DNA from: a virus
Taxonomy: Duplodnaviria; Heunggongvirae; Uroviricota; Caudoviricetes
Strand: one strand, 5' to 3'
Length of the DNA: 25,143 nucleotides
IMG/VR virus record: IMGVR_UViG_3300024345_000775
Coordinates: 1 to 25,143 of that record
Within the stretch, counting starts at the first letter, position 1. Each line of letters starts with the position of its first letter. This document shows positions 1-10,863 of the stretch, piece by piece. Position numbers and translations under genes: made by a program. The notes under the pieces were generated by a model that worked only from the letters and a program-made list of their open reading frames with translations, searched no databases and had not been told where the DNA came from.

Positions 1-2
1 CT

Positions 3-3000
3 TTGAAGGAAGTGAGAGAGTGGGTGAGAGCGTGGGATGCAAGAGGAGCAGGACTTCTTGAACTTGGGTATGCTTTAGGTGAAGTTCCTGTTAGTACTGA
101 AGGGAAAGCTGAAGGTCATTATAACTTTAGACAGTTCTTTAAAAACTTAGATATTAGACATTCTTTTGAACCTGTAGCTAGTGACTTTACTATTATCTCT
201 AACTATCAGAAACATGCTGCTGAAGCAGTAATTCCTAAGATTTACAGAACTCAACTGAAATTAGGAAATACATCTTTAGCAGATATTACACCAGCTTACT
301 TTGAAAGAGTTAACAATTATTATAGAAGTGAGTTTAATGATGTAGAAGTAATAGTTAGAACAGATAGTGGTAAGTTTAGCATATCAAAAATTAAACCTCA
401 AAATGCTACTCCCGTTAATGTTCTTGTAAGAGAAGGATACAGGATAGACAAACAAGGTAATAGAATGTACAGGTGGCCTGAGGATGCCACTCTTTACATT
501 GGTGACAATTATGGTGAAGAATGTATAGTTCTTAACACACATTCAGATACAATTGCTGTAAAGGAAATCAACTAGATTTTATCAAGTTTAGATAACATAG
601 TTTCAGTACAACCTTTAGGTACACACTTCCATTCTTTAAAAGAATTAAGAACTCTTGTAAAGAATAGTGTTTATCATAATCAAATAAAGACATATGATAC
701 TGAGGCAATTGATGTTACCTATGCAAGTTCACAGCAGATGATTGGTGATGTTAAGAAAGCACTTGCTAATATCTATAATGATAGTGAGCAACAATACTCT
801 AGAGACTTGTCTCAAGTGTTATACAATTCTTTCTTAAAATCCTTAAATATCATCTCAACCAGAATACCTACTCAGGACTTACAATCATTCATGGCAATGA
901 AAGTTGCTGGATTTACTGAGAGTGAAGTAAATGATGTGTTTGTTACTAGGTGGCAATTATGGTTGCAAGGGTCAGATATGGACATTGATAAAAGTTACAT
1001 GTTAGGTGTTTCACTTAACAAGCAAGGTATTTATCAGCATTGGTCTCCATTAGCAGATTACACTAGTCAAGCAGCTATGGAGATTTCTGATAGATTACCA
1101 TTGCCAACTAACATTGAATTGGTTTGGGGAGATGACAGTGATGAAGGTACTAATAAAGTACAAGTAACTACTGACAATCCTGATGCACAACTTGTACAAC
1201 TAATTCAACAATACATATCAACAGATGACAATGTAATTGGTTTACAGTTACTGTTAGACATACTAAACTATGTAAATACTAATAAATCTTTTAACATTAC
1301 AAAAGACTTACTTGATAATAGACTTGTTAGAAACTTGATAATTAAACTTAACAAGCATAACAGACATATCATCACAGCTGAAGAATCTAAGAACTTAGTA
1401 GCAAGAAACATTAACTCTGTTTCTACTAATGCTAAAAACTTCTCTCTTTCTTACTCCTCTATTGATGGAGCAATGAAATTGTTTAAAGATGCTCTTGACA
1501 AGGTATTTATAGAACAACAACAAATGAATTTGTTTGATGGAATTTCTATTCATGCTTTACAAGAGATTAACTCAGTTGGTAAACAAACAGTAGGTGTAAT
1601 GGCAAATGGTATTAAAGTATTCTTTGCTTTAACACAATACTATAACCAATTCTATAGAAATAATCCAAGTGCACAAGATATTCTTGACAGCTATAAGTGG
1701 TTTAACAATAAACTTACATTACTTGTAAATGATGAGGAAGGTAAAGAAAAAAGAATTACTCTTCCAACAAGTTTTGTAGCAGATGTTAGAATCATTGAAG
1801 AAAGAATTAAAGAACTTTCCAAAGCATGGGCAGACTTATTAGGTAATCCTGAAAGACAGTTGTATTATAACAATAATACTGCTTCCTTATAGCAAAGTTC
1901 CTTGATTTCACTTGCAACAGATAATGCTAAAGAATTAGCACTTGCAAAAATGAATGCAGGTATTAAGCTTGCTTCAATACATGTATATTTGACTTTACTT
2001 GGAGTTGACCCAGAGACAATTGTTCAATTTACAACTTCTAAACCATTTAACAAATTTAATGAGATGATTCAATCTAATAGATTTGTTGATGGTGAAGAAA
2101 AAAGAATTGATGAACAATTATTTGAAGAATTCTTATCCTGGGGTAACAACAATGGATACTATGATGACTGTGTACAAATAATGAGACTTTATAAGTTTGC
2201 TGATGAAATTACTGAATTAGCAAGAATACTTGGAGTTAACTAGGGTGTTAAAGTTGATTTATTTAAAGCTAATGGTCTTTTAACAGGTTTCCAAAGTGTA
2301 TTATCTAACAGAATAAAAGATTTACATGAAACTCTCTTGGCAATTAGAGCAAGTCAAATGCCAGGACTATCCAAGAGTGGATGGTTCAATTTGAAAAAGA
2401 ACTTGTAGGTTGTAACAGATGATGAATTACCATTGTTAAATGTTAATACAGCAGTACAAGCTCTTACATTGATACATGATAACAGAAGAGGTAAAGTAGT
2501 AGAATATTACTCAGATAAGATTAGTAAGGCAAATGATATTATTAAAAAATATCAGATTGATATTACTAAACCTATCAGTATGACAAGATATTTTGCTGAC
2601 CCTGAATACAGAAAAGCAGTAACTGACATTTATGATGCGGTTAAATCTACTTACAATGTATATGACATTATCAATGAGTCTAGTAACTTCTATGCTATGC
2701 TTGAAGCATATTCTCAATCTATGGAAGAGATGAAAGCTCTTTCTGCAAAAGCTAGATTTATTTTAGATTCTGGTATCAATGGTTTCTTTGATGGTAGTTT
2801 AATTAACTTTAAGAGTAATGGAGTTAAGAGGATTACATACAACAGTAGAACTGCACAAAGAGCAATTAAATTCTTTGATGACTATGTTGTTGCTGATTTT
2901 CTTAAAGACCAAAACTTACAGATTACTTTACCATTTAGAAATAAAACTTTAAAGAAATTATACAAGATAGACTTCAAGAGCAACGCTTCTATAGAAGACT

Positions 3001-3740
3001 TTATTGAATTGATGAACTATATTGTAGTTCCAGCTCTTAAACAACTTAGTAGAAAAGCAATTAAAGAGAATCCTACTACACAAGATGAAATTGATTTGAA
3101 CTATGCTATTCAAGCTGTTACAAACAATGAATTTTTAGATGGAATAAGACTCTTTGAAGATGCTAATACTGGTGTAACTAAATATGTAGCTAACTTCAAT
3201 ATAGACCAAATCAACTCAGATTATGATACTTTGAAGTATCAGAACTTTGTTGGTGGATTTAATAGATTGATGAATATTAAGTTAGGAACAATTCTCCAAA
3301 GGACATCTACTGTAATGAACAAAGGTTTGGATATGACTTTTGGAGATTTAATGTTTATTTACAATCAAATCCTTAATCAAGATTCTATAGGGCAAAGGTC
3401 TCTTACAAAGATATTTGATAAGTACATTACTGATGCAACTCCTGAATCTTTATCACAGAGGTTAATCAATCATTATCTCTTGTATGATAGAGGAGAAAGA
3501 ACAATAGAGCCTACTCTTGAAAATAAAGAGAAGTTCATTTATTTCTTACTTAGAGGAAGAATAAGACCAAAATCCTTAATTAGATTTGAATCTGGTCATT
3601 CAATTATGGATGGTTTTAAAGGGTTACTTGGACTTAGAACTTTTGAAGAAGCTGAAGTAGATAACAAAGCTCTACAAAATGCTGCTAAAGTAACTAGTGC
3701 TTTAGAGAATGGAAGTTTGTCAGTTAATTATGAGTGTTAA
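3..3740 (+). CDS. Virion-packaged DNA-directed RNA polymerase, catalytic (beta-prime-like) part; 5'-partial, 1245 aa in window when read through 4 in-frame TAG codons
   Basis: Track ORFs 3-575, 738-1892, 1902-2243 and 2433-3740 share one frame. They are separated only by TAG at 573-575, 1890-1892, 2241-2243 and 2406-2408; I translated the gaps and found no other stop. The gene ends with TAA. Motifs: TRIPTQDLQS and WLQGSDMDIDK (DxDxD at 975-989; compare DFDID in phi14:2 gp66), ISLATDNAKEL and LGVN*GVK. Confidence 0.88.
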
Positions 3741-3741
3741 T

Positions 3742-4608
3742 ATGGCATGTGAATTTAAAGTAACATTAAATACAGGAAAGGGAGTGGAGGAGATTACTCT
3801 TCCCTCCCCAACTGCTATATCTGAAAATCCTAGAGAAGTAGCAGGGCAATTTTTAGAGGCTCTGAGAGCATATCCAGCTAAAGCTAATAAACTTGTCCAG
3901 TTGATAGATGAAAGTGTCTTAAATCAAAGAAAAACACCTTTAAAAGAGGTTGATTTATATTCTGCACTTAATATCATTGCAGATAACATGAGAACTCTAG
4001 GAGTAGATGTGCAGTTAGTAGAAGACTATCAGATGAAATCTTTAGGATTTCCAGAAAGCACAGAAGCTGGTGTAGCAGAAGGTAAAATCTATATTAACAC
4101 AAATGCTGCTACAACAACAGCTCCATTACATGAATTTACACATCTTGTATTTGGTGTAATGAAAGCTGACAGTTATTCTGACTTTATGAGAGCTATGGAA
4201 ATTGTTTCTAAAGTTCCACAGTTCCAAGAAATGTTAAGAAGTCTTCCTACTGAATATCTACACTTTATGGATTTAGATAGGAAAGAAGAAGCTTTTACTA
4301 GACTTATTGAAGCAATTATTGATAATAAGGTTAGTTATGAAGTAATTCCAGAATATGATGAATTGAATGCTATCATGGTAAAACATCTTGAGAAAACATT
4401 TGGACTTGAAGGAATTGTTGATTTTATTTCATACTTACAAGGTCCTTTATCTCAGATTGGTAATGATAGTAGTCTTTTGAAACCTAAAAAGATTGCAAAA
4501 ACAGGTTATTCTGATTATCAGTATAAAGTAGTTCAATCTGCAAAAGTTATGAACTATATTGAATCTTTAATTAAAGAAGGTATAATTACAGAAGGAGAAT
4601 GTCTATGA
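3742..4608 (+). CDS. Zincin-like (HExxH) metallopeptidase-domain protein of the virion RNAP module, 288 aa
   Basis: GKIYINTNAATTTAPLHEFTHLVFG, with HEFTH at 4129-4143 preceded by a typical beta-strand. ATG 3742 lies 1 nt after the RNAP stop, so it is preferred over the track start at 3709. The TGA overlaps the next ATG. Confidence 0.75.
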   Translation: MACEFKVTLNTGKGVEEITLPSPTAISENPREVAGQFLEALRAYPAKANKLVQLIDESVLNQRKTPLKEVDLYSALNIIADNMRTLGVDVQLVEDYQMKSLGFPESTEAGVAEGKIYINTNAATTTAPLHEFTHLVFGVMKADSYSDFMRAMEIVSKVPQFQEMLRSLPTEYLHFMDLDRKEEAFTRLIEAIIDNKVSYEVIPEYDELNAIMVKHLEKTFGLEGIVDFISYLQGPLSQIGNDSSLLKPKKIAKTGYSDYQYKVVQSAKVMNYIESLIKEGIITEGECL

Positions 4609-7600
4609 GTAAATGCTATACATTTAATAAAGTAACTCTTACTCAAGAGGAACTTGTACAAAACATACTTAGTAAGCTAGAACAGGAAGGAATGGAAGAC
4701 ATTAAGTCTACAATCTTGAGTGTGCAATCAGACCTTACTACAAGACTTAGAAGATTAGGTTCTTTGTCAGAAAGAAAGAACTCATAGACTGTTGTAAAGA
4801 AAGACAGGTTTATTGGTGTATCTGAATACCTTGAACAAGAACATGACCTTGGACAGGTTGATGCAGCAGGCAGAGTAATTATGAAGCCTCTTGTTCCTAT
4901 TTACAATAAAGAGAACAGAATAGAGAATACTCTTAAAAACTTGTTACAACCTGAAGATACTCAGAAAGCCAATGGAGACATGCAAGCAGCTTTAGATAAT
5001 CTTCTTTTACAAATTGAAGAAGAGTCTGCTGTTAGTGAATTTGGTAGTTTATTTCATAATCTTGTAAGTATTGCATTTAAGAATACAACTGCTAATCAGA
5101 AAGGCTATGATTCATTAGCATTTGCAACAGCTCTTGCTGAAGCTAAAAGAACTATTGAAACTAGTACAGAACATGAGGTTGATGGCCAGACAGTAGCAAG
5201 TTTAGATACTATACTTACTTCAAGAGAAAGAGGTTCTAAACCAAACATTGAAGAGATAATTAGAATTATCAAAAAGAATGTAATAGCTGTCGTTGATTCT
5301 ATTCTTAACAATCCTGATTACTCTGGAGCAACTATCTTGAGTGAACATCATATTTCTACTAACAATGTAAAAGTTAATGAAGATTTCTCTGGTATTAAAG
5401 GTATTTGTGACTTAATCATTGTTAAACCTAATGGTGATATTGACATTATTGACTTCAAAGTATCTACTAGAAGTTATGATGACTGGTATTCTGCAAAGAA
5501 AATACATACTCAATATCAGTTAGGTATGTATAGAGAAATACTCGCTGCTAATGGTTTTGATGGGTATAGAATTGGTTTATATACTTTACCAATTAGTATG
5601 CCTATGGGAGCTATTAGAAGTATGAGAGTAGAAAATAGAAGAAACTTAGGTATTTCCAGTGGTTCTACTCCATCAAAGCTTGATTACTCTTATGGTGACT
5701 ACTCTCAAAACATTAGACAACTTATATATTCTCCTGTAGCAGTACAAACTATAAATACATCAGAGTTAAATAATGAAGTCGATGAAGCTCTTAGAAAGTT
5801 AATCATTCCTTTTGAAAGAAAGGAAAGAAATTACACTTTTGAAGAACTTGATAGAAGAATTACTGTACAAGTGTGGAATGGTAGAACACAATATGTTCTT
5901 GTAAATCCTTTAACAGGTAAAGTTGAAAAGAGAACTAATAGAGAAGATTTTACAAAACATAATGGTATTATTGAACAAATCATCAACAATACTAGAACTC
6001 ACTTCAATAAACAAGTTCATGATATTGTAAGACAGATTACTGATTATCAGAGTACTTCTGCTCACCCATCTACATTTGACTTCTTAGGAACAAAGAGTAA
6101 TCCTAATACCAATACATACAATGTATTACAACAAACTTTTGGAAAGTATGTAAATAAGAAGTACAAATTACTTGATATTCCAACTCTTCTTGATTTAGGT
6201 ATTATTGCTTATGAAGATACAAGAAGTGGTGTAATTGATTTTATTTGCCTTACTGACCAGAAACTTGGTGTAGAACAAGATAACAATGGTTCTCAAACAA
6301 TACTTGGAAAATTCTATAGTAATGACCAAGTAAGAAGATTAGTTGGTGTTGAAGCAATGCCTTCTACAACTGAGAACATGGAATACATCAAACTGTTAGT
6401 TACATTAAATGTTATTGCTGATAAGAATCCTAATATCTTTAAAAATAAAAAGATTGGTCTTATTAAAGTAATCAACAATTATGAAGGACAATCTGATGTT
6501 CCTGTATTAGCACAACTAAAGAGTAACTTTGATTACTTGATTAAAGCTGCTAACAATAAAGGTGAGAACATTACTAATCACTTTGCACAAGATATTGTTG
6601 TAGCTGATGATTGGCAGTTATTGTTATCTGAACTTGATACTATTCTTGCTAATGTAAAAGAAGATGAAGAAGTTCATAAGATTATGACTTCTATACCAAC
6701 TTCTAACTTAGAGAAGAATCAAAAGATAGCAAAGATTGAAGACCTCATGAAGAAACTTAGAAAAGCTTATCCTCAAGAGTTAAAACATGAGAATATAACA
6801 ACTGCTAGAACATTTACCACACCTGTATCTCAAGTTTATTTCTTACTTGCTAATGCATTGTTACATTACAGAAATGCTGATGTACAATTTAATGGTAAAG
6901 TAAGTACTTGGGGAATCAATGTAACTGATATATTCAGATTGATTGGTGGTGCAATAGTTGCTAATCAAAATTCATTTGCTGGTCCATTACAGGGACTTAT
7001 TTCAACTACTCCTTCTGCTTCTCCATCACAAAACATGGAGAACATTGCTCTTTTCTATAGAGCTGCTTATGATAAGTTAAGAGAAGAATTCTTTAAACAA
7101 GCAAATAGTGTTAACAGAATTTGTCTTGATTATCTGAGAGATAGATGGAATAAATCTCAAATGGATAGACTTGCTTGGAATGATACATATCCAATTTGGC
7201 AATCTTTAATGGTAAAAGATGGAGAGGGAGATTTAGCAGACAGCTTGCTTTTAAAGAACCCTTACTCTGAAACCAATATGGACCCAAGGGATAAGTAGTT
7301 CCTTAAAGAGATTCTTTGGGAAATTAACAAATGGAGAATTAAAGGTCTTGACCTCAAATATCAAACAATGGCTTACAAAGGTAATGAAACTGAGATTGAT
7401 AATCTTGAACAAGTTAGAGATGCTCAATCAAAGGACACTTATTTTGAATTACCTTTAAGAAGAGGTTCTGATTTTAACAGAATGAGAAACATTGGTCATA
7501 TTGGCTGGATGAATTTCTTTAACAAAGCTTGGTAGAATCTTAGAGATGACTTTGATTTAAGAGGTGTACATGCAGATGTATCTGCTGAAATAGATAGACA

Positions 7601-9311
7601 ACTTGGAGAAGACTCTATTCAAATGTATAATGCTTATGACATTACAGGTAGAGCAAGACAAAGTTGGATTGAGAAAGAAGGTAAACATGACTTTGAAATC
7701 AATCTTAATTTTCTTGCTGCTGATATGGCATATCAAGCAATTAGAAAAAGATACTTTGATGAAGTCTTGTTACATGTAGAAGCAGTAGCAACAGTAATGC
7801 ATTATTACAGAGCTTCTGGTGGTGCAACATTCTCTGAAGAACTTGATGCTATTGACAAGCAGATAAACATCTCAATTAAAGACCAGACTATCTTACCAAA
7901 AGAAGTTCAAGGTGCAGCAAAGGTAATGAGTGTTGCTAAGAAACTTAACAGTTACTTGGTATTGTCACTTAGACCACTTTCATTCTTAAAGGAAATCACA
8001 TTTGGTACATTTAGTAACTGTGCTAGACTTTGGGCAATGAAAGGTACTTCTCAGGAATTTGATGCTGCTGATTTAGCAAAAGCTGCTGGATTTGTATATG
8101 GTCAATCTGGTAAGAAGTACTTAAATGCTGCTGGAGGAAATGGTGATATTGCAGACTTTTCTCTTTGTGAGCAAATCAACATTATGTATGGTATTGCTAA
8201 CCAAGATATTTCTTCTATAGTACAAAAGCAAACACTTAATAAAACAGGACTTACTAATCAATTTAGTAACTACATGTTTATTAACTCTATTGCTCCTGAC
8301 TACTATAATAGAATGATTTTGTTTATAGCAAAGATGATACATGATGGAGTACTTGATGCTCACTCATTTGATGAAAATGGAGTTCTCAAGTATGATTTTA
8401 CAAAAGATAAAAGATTTGCTACACTAAATAGAATTGGTCTTAATTCTACAAGTACTGATGCTAAATATCTTGAAGAGAAAGCTCTTTATAGAGCAATGGC
8501 TGATGAGTTTACACAGAATGGTTATCAAATGACTTCTTCTGATGGTAAGTTATTACCTCTGCCAAGAGCTTATACTAATAGACAAGCAGCATCTCTCAAG
8601 GAATTTTCTGATTCTGTTTATGGTTATTATGACCATGAAACAAAATCTCTGATTGACCACATGGCTATTGGTCTTATCTGGAAACAGTTTATGGCCTTCT
8701 GGACTGCAAAGTTTAGTTTGTGGTTTAAAGGTAAACCAAGAGTAGCTGGTCAATCAACCTCACAAGGTCAGTTTGTTCCATTAGTAATTGATGGAAAGAC
8801 TCAATACAGAAAGATTACAGAACTTGCTAACGGTGAACTGCAAGTTACTTTAGTAGAAGATAATGAAGGTGGTACTCTTGAGCCACAATATGTATGGCAA
8901 GGAGACTATATAGAAGGTATTTTTGCTTCTATCATGTCAACTATAAGAGACCTCTATCACTTGAACTTTTCTGAGATAATGAATAATAAACAAAGACTTG
9001 CTAACCTTAAATTAGGTTTACATGATATTCTTATTGGTTTGTTATTATATTATATTCTTAGACTTATCTTCTCTGGAGGAACTAATAAGATGTCAGACAT
9101 GAACCCATTTGAAAGAACTCTTGTCAGAGCACTTGATGATGTTGGTCCTCATGGTTTGACAGGATTGAGCTGGGAGCCTGGGTTCTATACAACTCTTGTT
9201 AATCTACAAAATGATTTATTTGCAGCATTTGATGATGACAAAGAAATTGATTTACAAGATTGGATGGATAAAAGAATAGGTGCTGCAAAAGACTGGAGCT
9301 GGGGAGATTAA
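4605..9311 (+). CDS. Large virion/ejected protein of the RNAP module with an N-terminal PD-(D/E)XK nuclease domain; 1568 aa when read through 3 in-frame TAG codons
   Basis: Track ORFs 4599-4787, 4881-7298 and 7623-9311 share one frame. They are separated only by TAG at 4785-4787, 7296-7298 and 7533-7535, and the gaps are otherwise open. ATG 4605 overlaps the upstream TGA (ATGA). Nuclease motifs: FGSLFH, SE, KGICDLIIVKPNGDIDIIDFK, QYQLGMY (~5400-5540). Ends with TAA. Confidence 0.82.
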
Positions 9312-9336
9312 CCCCAACCTCCATTCCTAATCTAGG

Positions 9337-9399
9337 AAAAAAATAACCCCCTGACATAGGAAACCAAATAAGGTCTCTTATGCAGGGGGTCTTTTTATT
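9337..9399. terminator. Bidirectional intrinsic terminator between the convergent modules
   Basis: ACCCCCTG (9346-9353) pairs with CAGGGGGT (9383-9390), extended by CATA/TATG and ACC/GGT pairs. It is flanked by an A-tract (9337-9345) and by CTTTTTATT (9391-9399), giving a U-tract on each strand. Confidence 0.8.
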
Positions 9400-9649
9400 C
9401 TTGTAGGTATCTGGCAACTACCAAATTATCCTTAGTTATAGTAATAAGTTGATAGCCATTCATTTCAGCTACCTGACACATTACCCAGTGCCAGTTGATA
9501 TACTGGCCTAACTGTAGTAATACTTGTAATTCTTGAGCATTTGGAATTCTCTTTCCTTTCTTGTTAAAAAACTCAACAATAAGTTCAGCTGCTACATCAG
9601 CAGTAATAGGATTCATCCAAATAATTTTTTCAAGTCTCTCTTTTGTCAT
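9395..9649 (-). CDS. Hypothetical protein, 84 aa
   Basis: ATG start and TAA stop abutting the terminator; overlaps the upstream ligase-like gene by 20 nt; co-oriented with the operon. Confidence 0.7.
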   Translation of the reverse strand: MTKERLEKIIWMNPITADVAAELIVEFFNKKGKRIPNAQELQVLLQLGQYINWHWVMCQVAEMNGYQLITITKDNLVVARYLQE

Positions 9650-10787
9650 TTAGATGCCAAACTATTGGATTTGTTGGTATACCGTTGTTTAACTCTTGAA
9701 AAGCTAACACTACTTGTCTACCTACTAATTCACTAGGATGTTGAGCATAATATTTTGTATCAAAATTACTAGGACCTACAATCATTGCATGAAAATAGTT
9801 ATTATGAGTATTATCTATCTGCACATAATCACCTCCAGAATAATACTTAATAACATATGTTCTTGTTCTAAAAGCCTCAGTTTCAACATAAAGAAAAGCA
9901 GATTTTCTACCTCCTCCATATTCTCTGTTTGCTTTTAACCATAATCCAGGATAACCTTTTCTAATAGCTTTTCTTGTTTCAGCAGATACAACATAATAAC
10001 CGTCAAGAGTTTTCCATTCTATTGAATGAATCAATGGGTTGGTAATCTCTTTCATCAGCTCTTCTATATGTTCTATTCTTTCTTCTAAAGAATTATCAGA
10101 AATGTAATCACAAATATATAAATGTAAATCCTTACATTGTTCAGACCATTCTTGTGCTTTAATAAGCTTTATGAGATGGTCTCTACTACTCTTAGGGTCA
10201 TGACTATATATCATACAATCTAATGCTAAATCAGGTTCTTTTACAAACATTGATTTAACATCATCTGTCAACAAATGTTGAATAGACTTTTTAAGATATA
10301 CATGATAATCTGTCTTGACTGCTATTTGTCCATCCTTCATGAAAATAAGACACCTAATGCCAGGAATTTTATAAGTCCAGTACCATTCTCTATCCATAGT
10401 ACTAGTAGCTACTTCTTCCCAGCTAACAGGTCTTACAAGTCTAGGAATTTTGAGTGTTGGTTCCTCATAGTTATTGAGTAAATCATTTAACTCATCTTCC
10501 TGTAACTCTTCAATTGTCTTATCTGTAAGGTCTTCCAGCCTTACATAGCCAAGGTGCACATATTGTCTTATACAAACTTCATATAAGTGAAATGCTTCCC
10601 TGACTATGTAATTACTGTTTCTACCTTTATTGATAAACAAAGGGTTATATTCCCTTTCTTTACCATGTACTTGCCATGTAGTTCTATATACACTGTATGT
10701 ACTTTCATTTCTATCCAGCTGAACCATAGCAAGTTGTAATTTTCCTTTATTATTTATTCTTGCAAGATAAGTAGTTCTAATTACCAT
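9630..10787 (-). CDS. ATP-dependent DNA ligase homolog with degenerate catalytic motifs, 385 aa
   Basis: Ligase motif order is preserved: YKIPGIRC (motif I, KxDGxR), LDCMIY (III), LYICDY (IIIa), GYPGLWLK (IV), GRKSAFLYVE (V), then an OB-like C-terminus. An N-terminal domain resembles those of phage ligases. Several invariant residues are substituted. Confidence 0.7.
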   Translation of the reverse strand: MVIRTTYLARINNKGKLQLAMVQLDRNESTYSVYRTTWQVHGKEREYNPLFINKGRNSNYIVREAFHLYEVCIRQYVHLGYVRLEDLTDKTIEELQEDELNDLLNNYEEPTLKIPRLVRPVSWEEVATSTMDREWYWTYKIPGIRCLIFMKDGQIAVKTDYHVYLKKSIQHLLTDDVKSMFVKEPDLALDCMIYSHDPKSSRDHLIKLIKAQEWSEQCKDLHLYICDYISDNSLEERIEHIEELMKEITNPLIHSIEWKTLDGYYVVSAETRKAIRKGYPGLWLKANREYGGGRKSAFLYVETEAFRTRTYVIKYYSGGDYVQIDNTHNNYFHAMIVGPSNFDTKYYAQHPSELVGRQVVLAFQELNNGIPTNPIVWHLNDKRET

Positions 10788-10863
10788 ATTCCAAATAAAA
10801 ATGTTAGTACTACTGATAATCTACCAAATTACTCTTCAAAAACTTATAAATCACTCAGCAATA

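Noticed and set aside
3709-3741. Track start at ATG 3709 for the zincin gene, and similarly 4599, 12138 and 22846 for others
   Set aside because: Downstream ATGs (3742, 4605, 12135, 22831/22825) give the minimal-gap or stop-start overlaps typical of this genome.
3-9311. Treating track ORFs 3-575, 738-1892, 1902-2243, 2433-3740, 4599-4787, 4881-7298 and 7623-9311 as separate genes, or as pseudogene fragments
   Set aside because: All breaks are in-frame TAG with open coding-like sequence across the gaps. Random decay would also give TAA, TGA and frameshifts, and the RNAP is expected to be essential.
2511-9417. Short minus-strand ORFs 2511-2717, 5105-5311, 8121-8363, 8553-8753 and 9199-9417
   Set aside because: Antisense shadows of long plus-strand genes with no motifs and atypical composition; the last one runs across the terminator.
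10788-10863. Possible Bacteroidota sigma70-type promoter in the 76-bp gap upstream of the ligase-like gene
   Set aside because: Only near matches (TTTG...TAATTTG) to the TTTG / TAnnTTTG consensus with wrong spacing; not distinguishable from AT-rich background.
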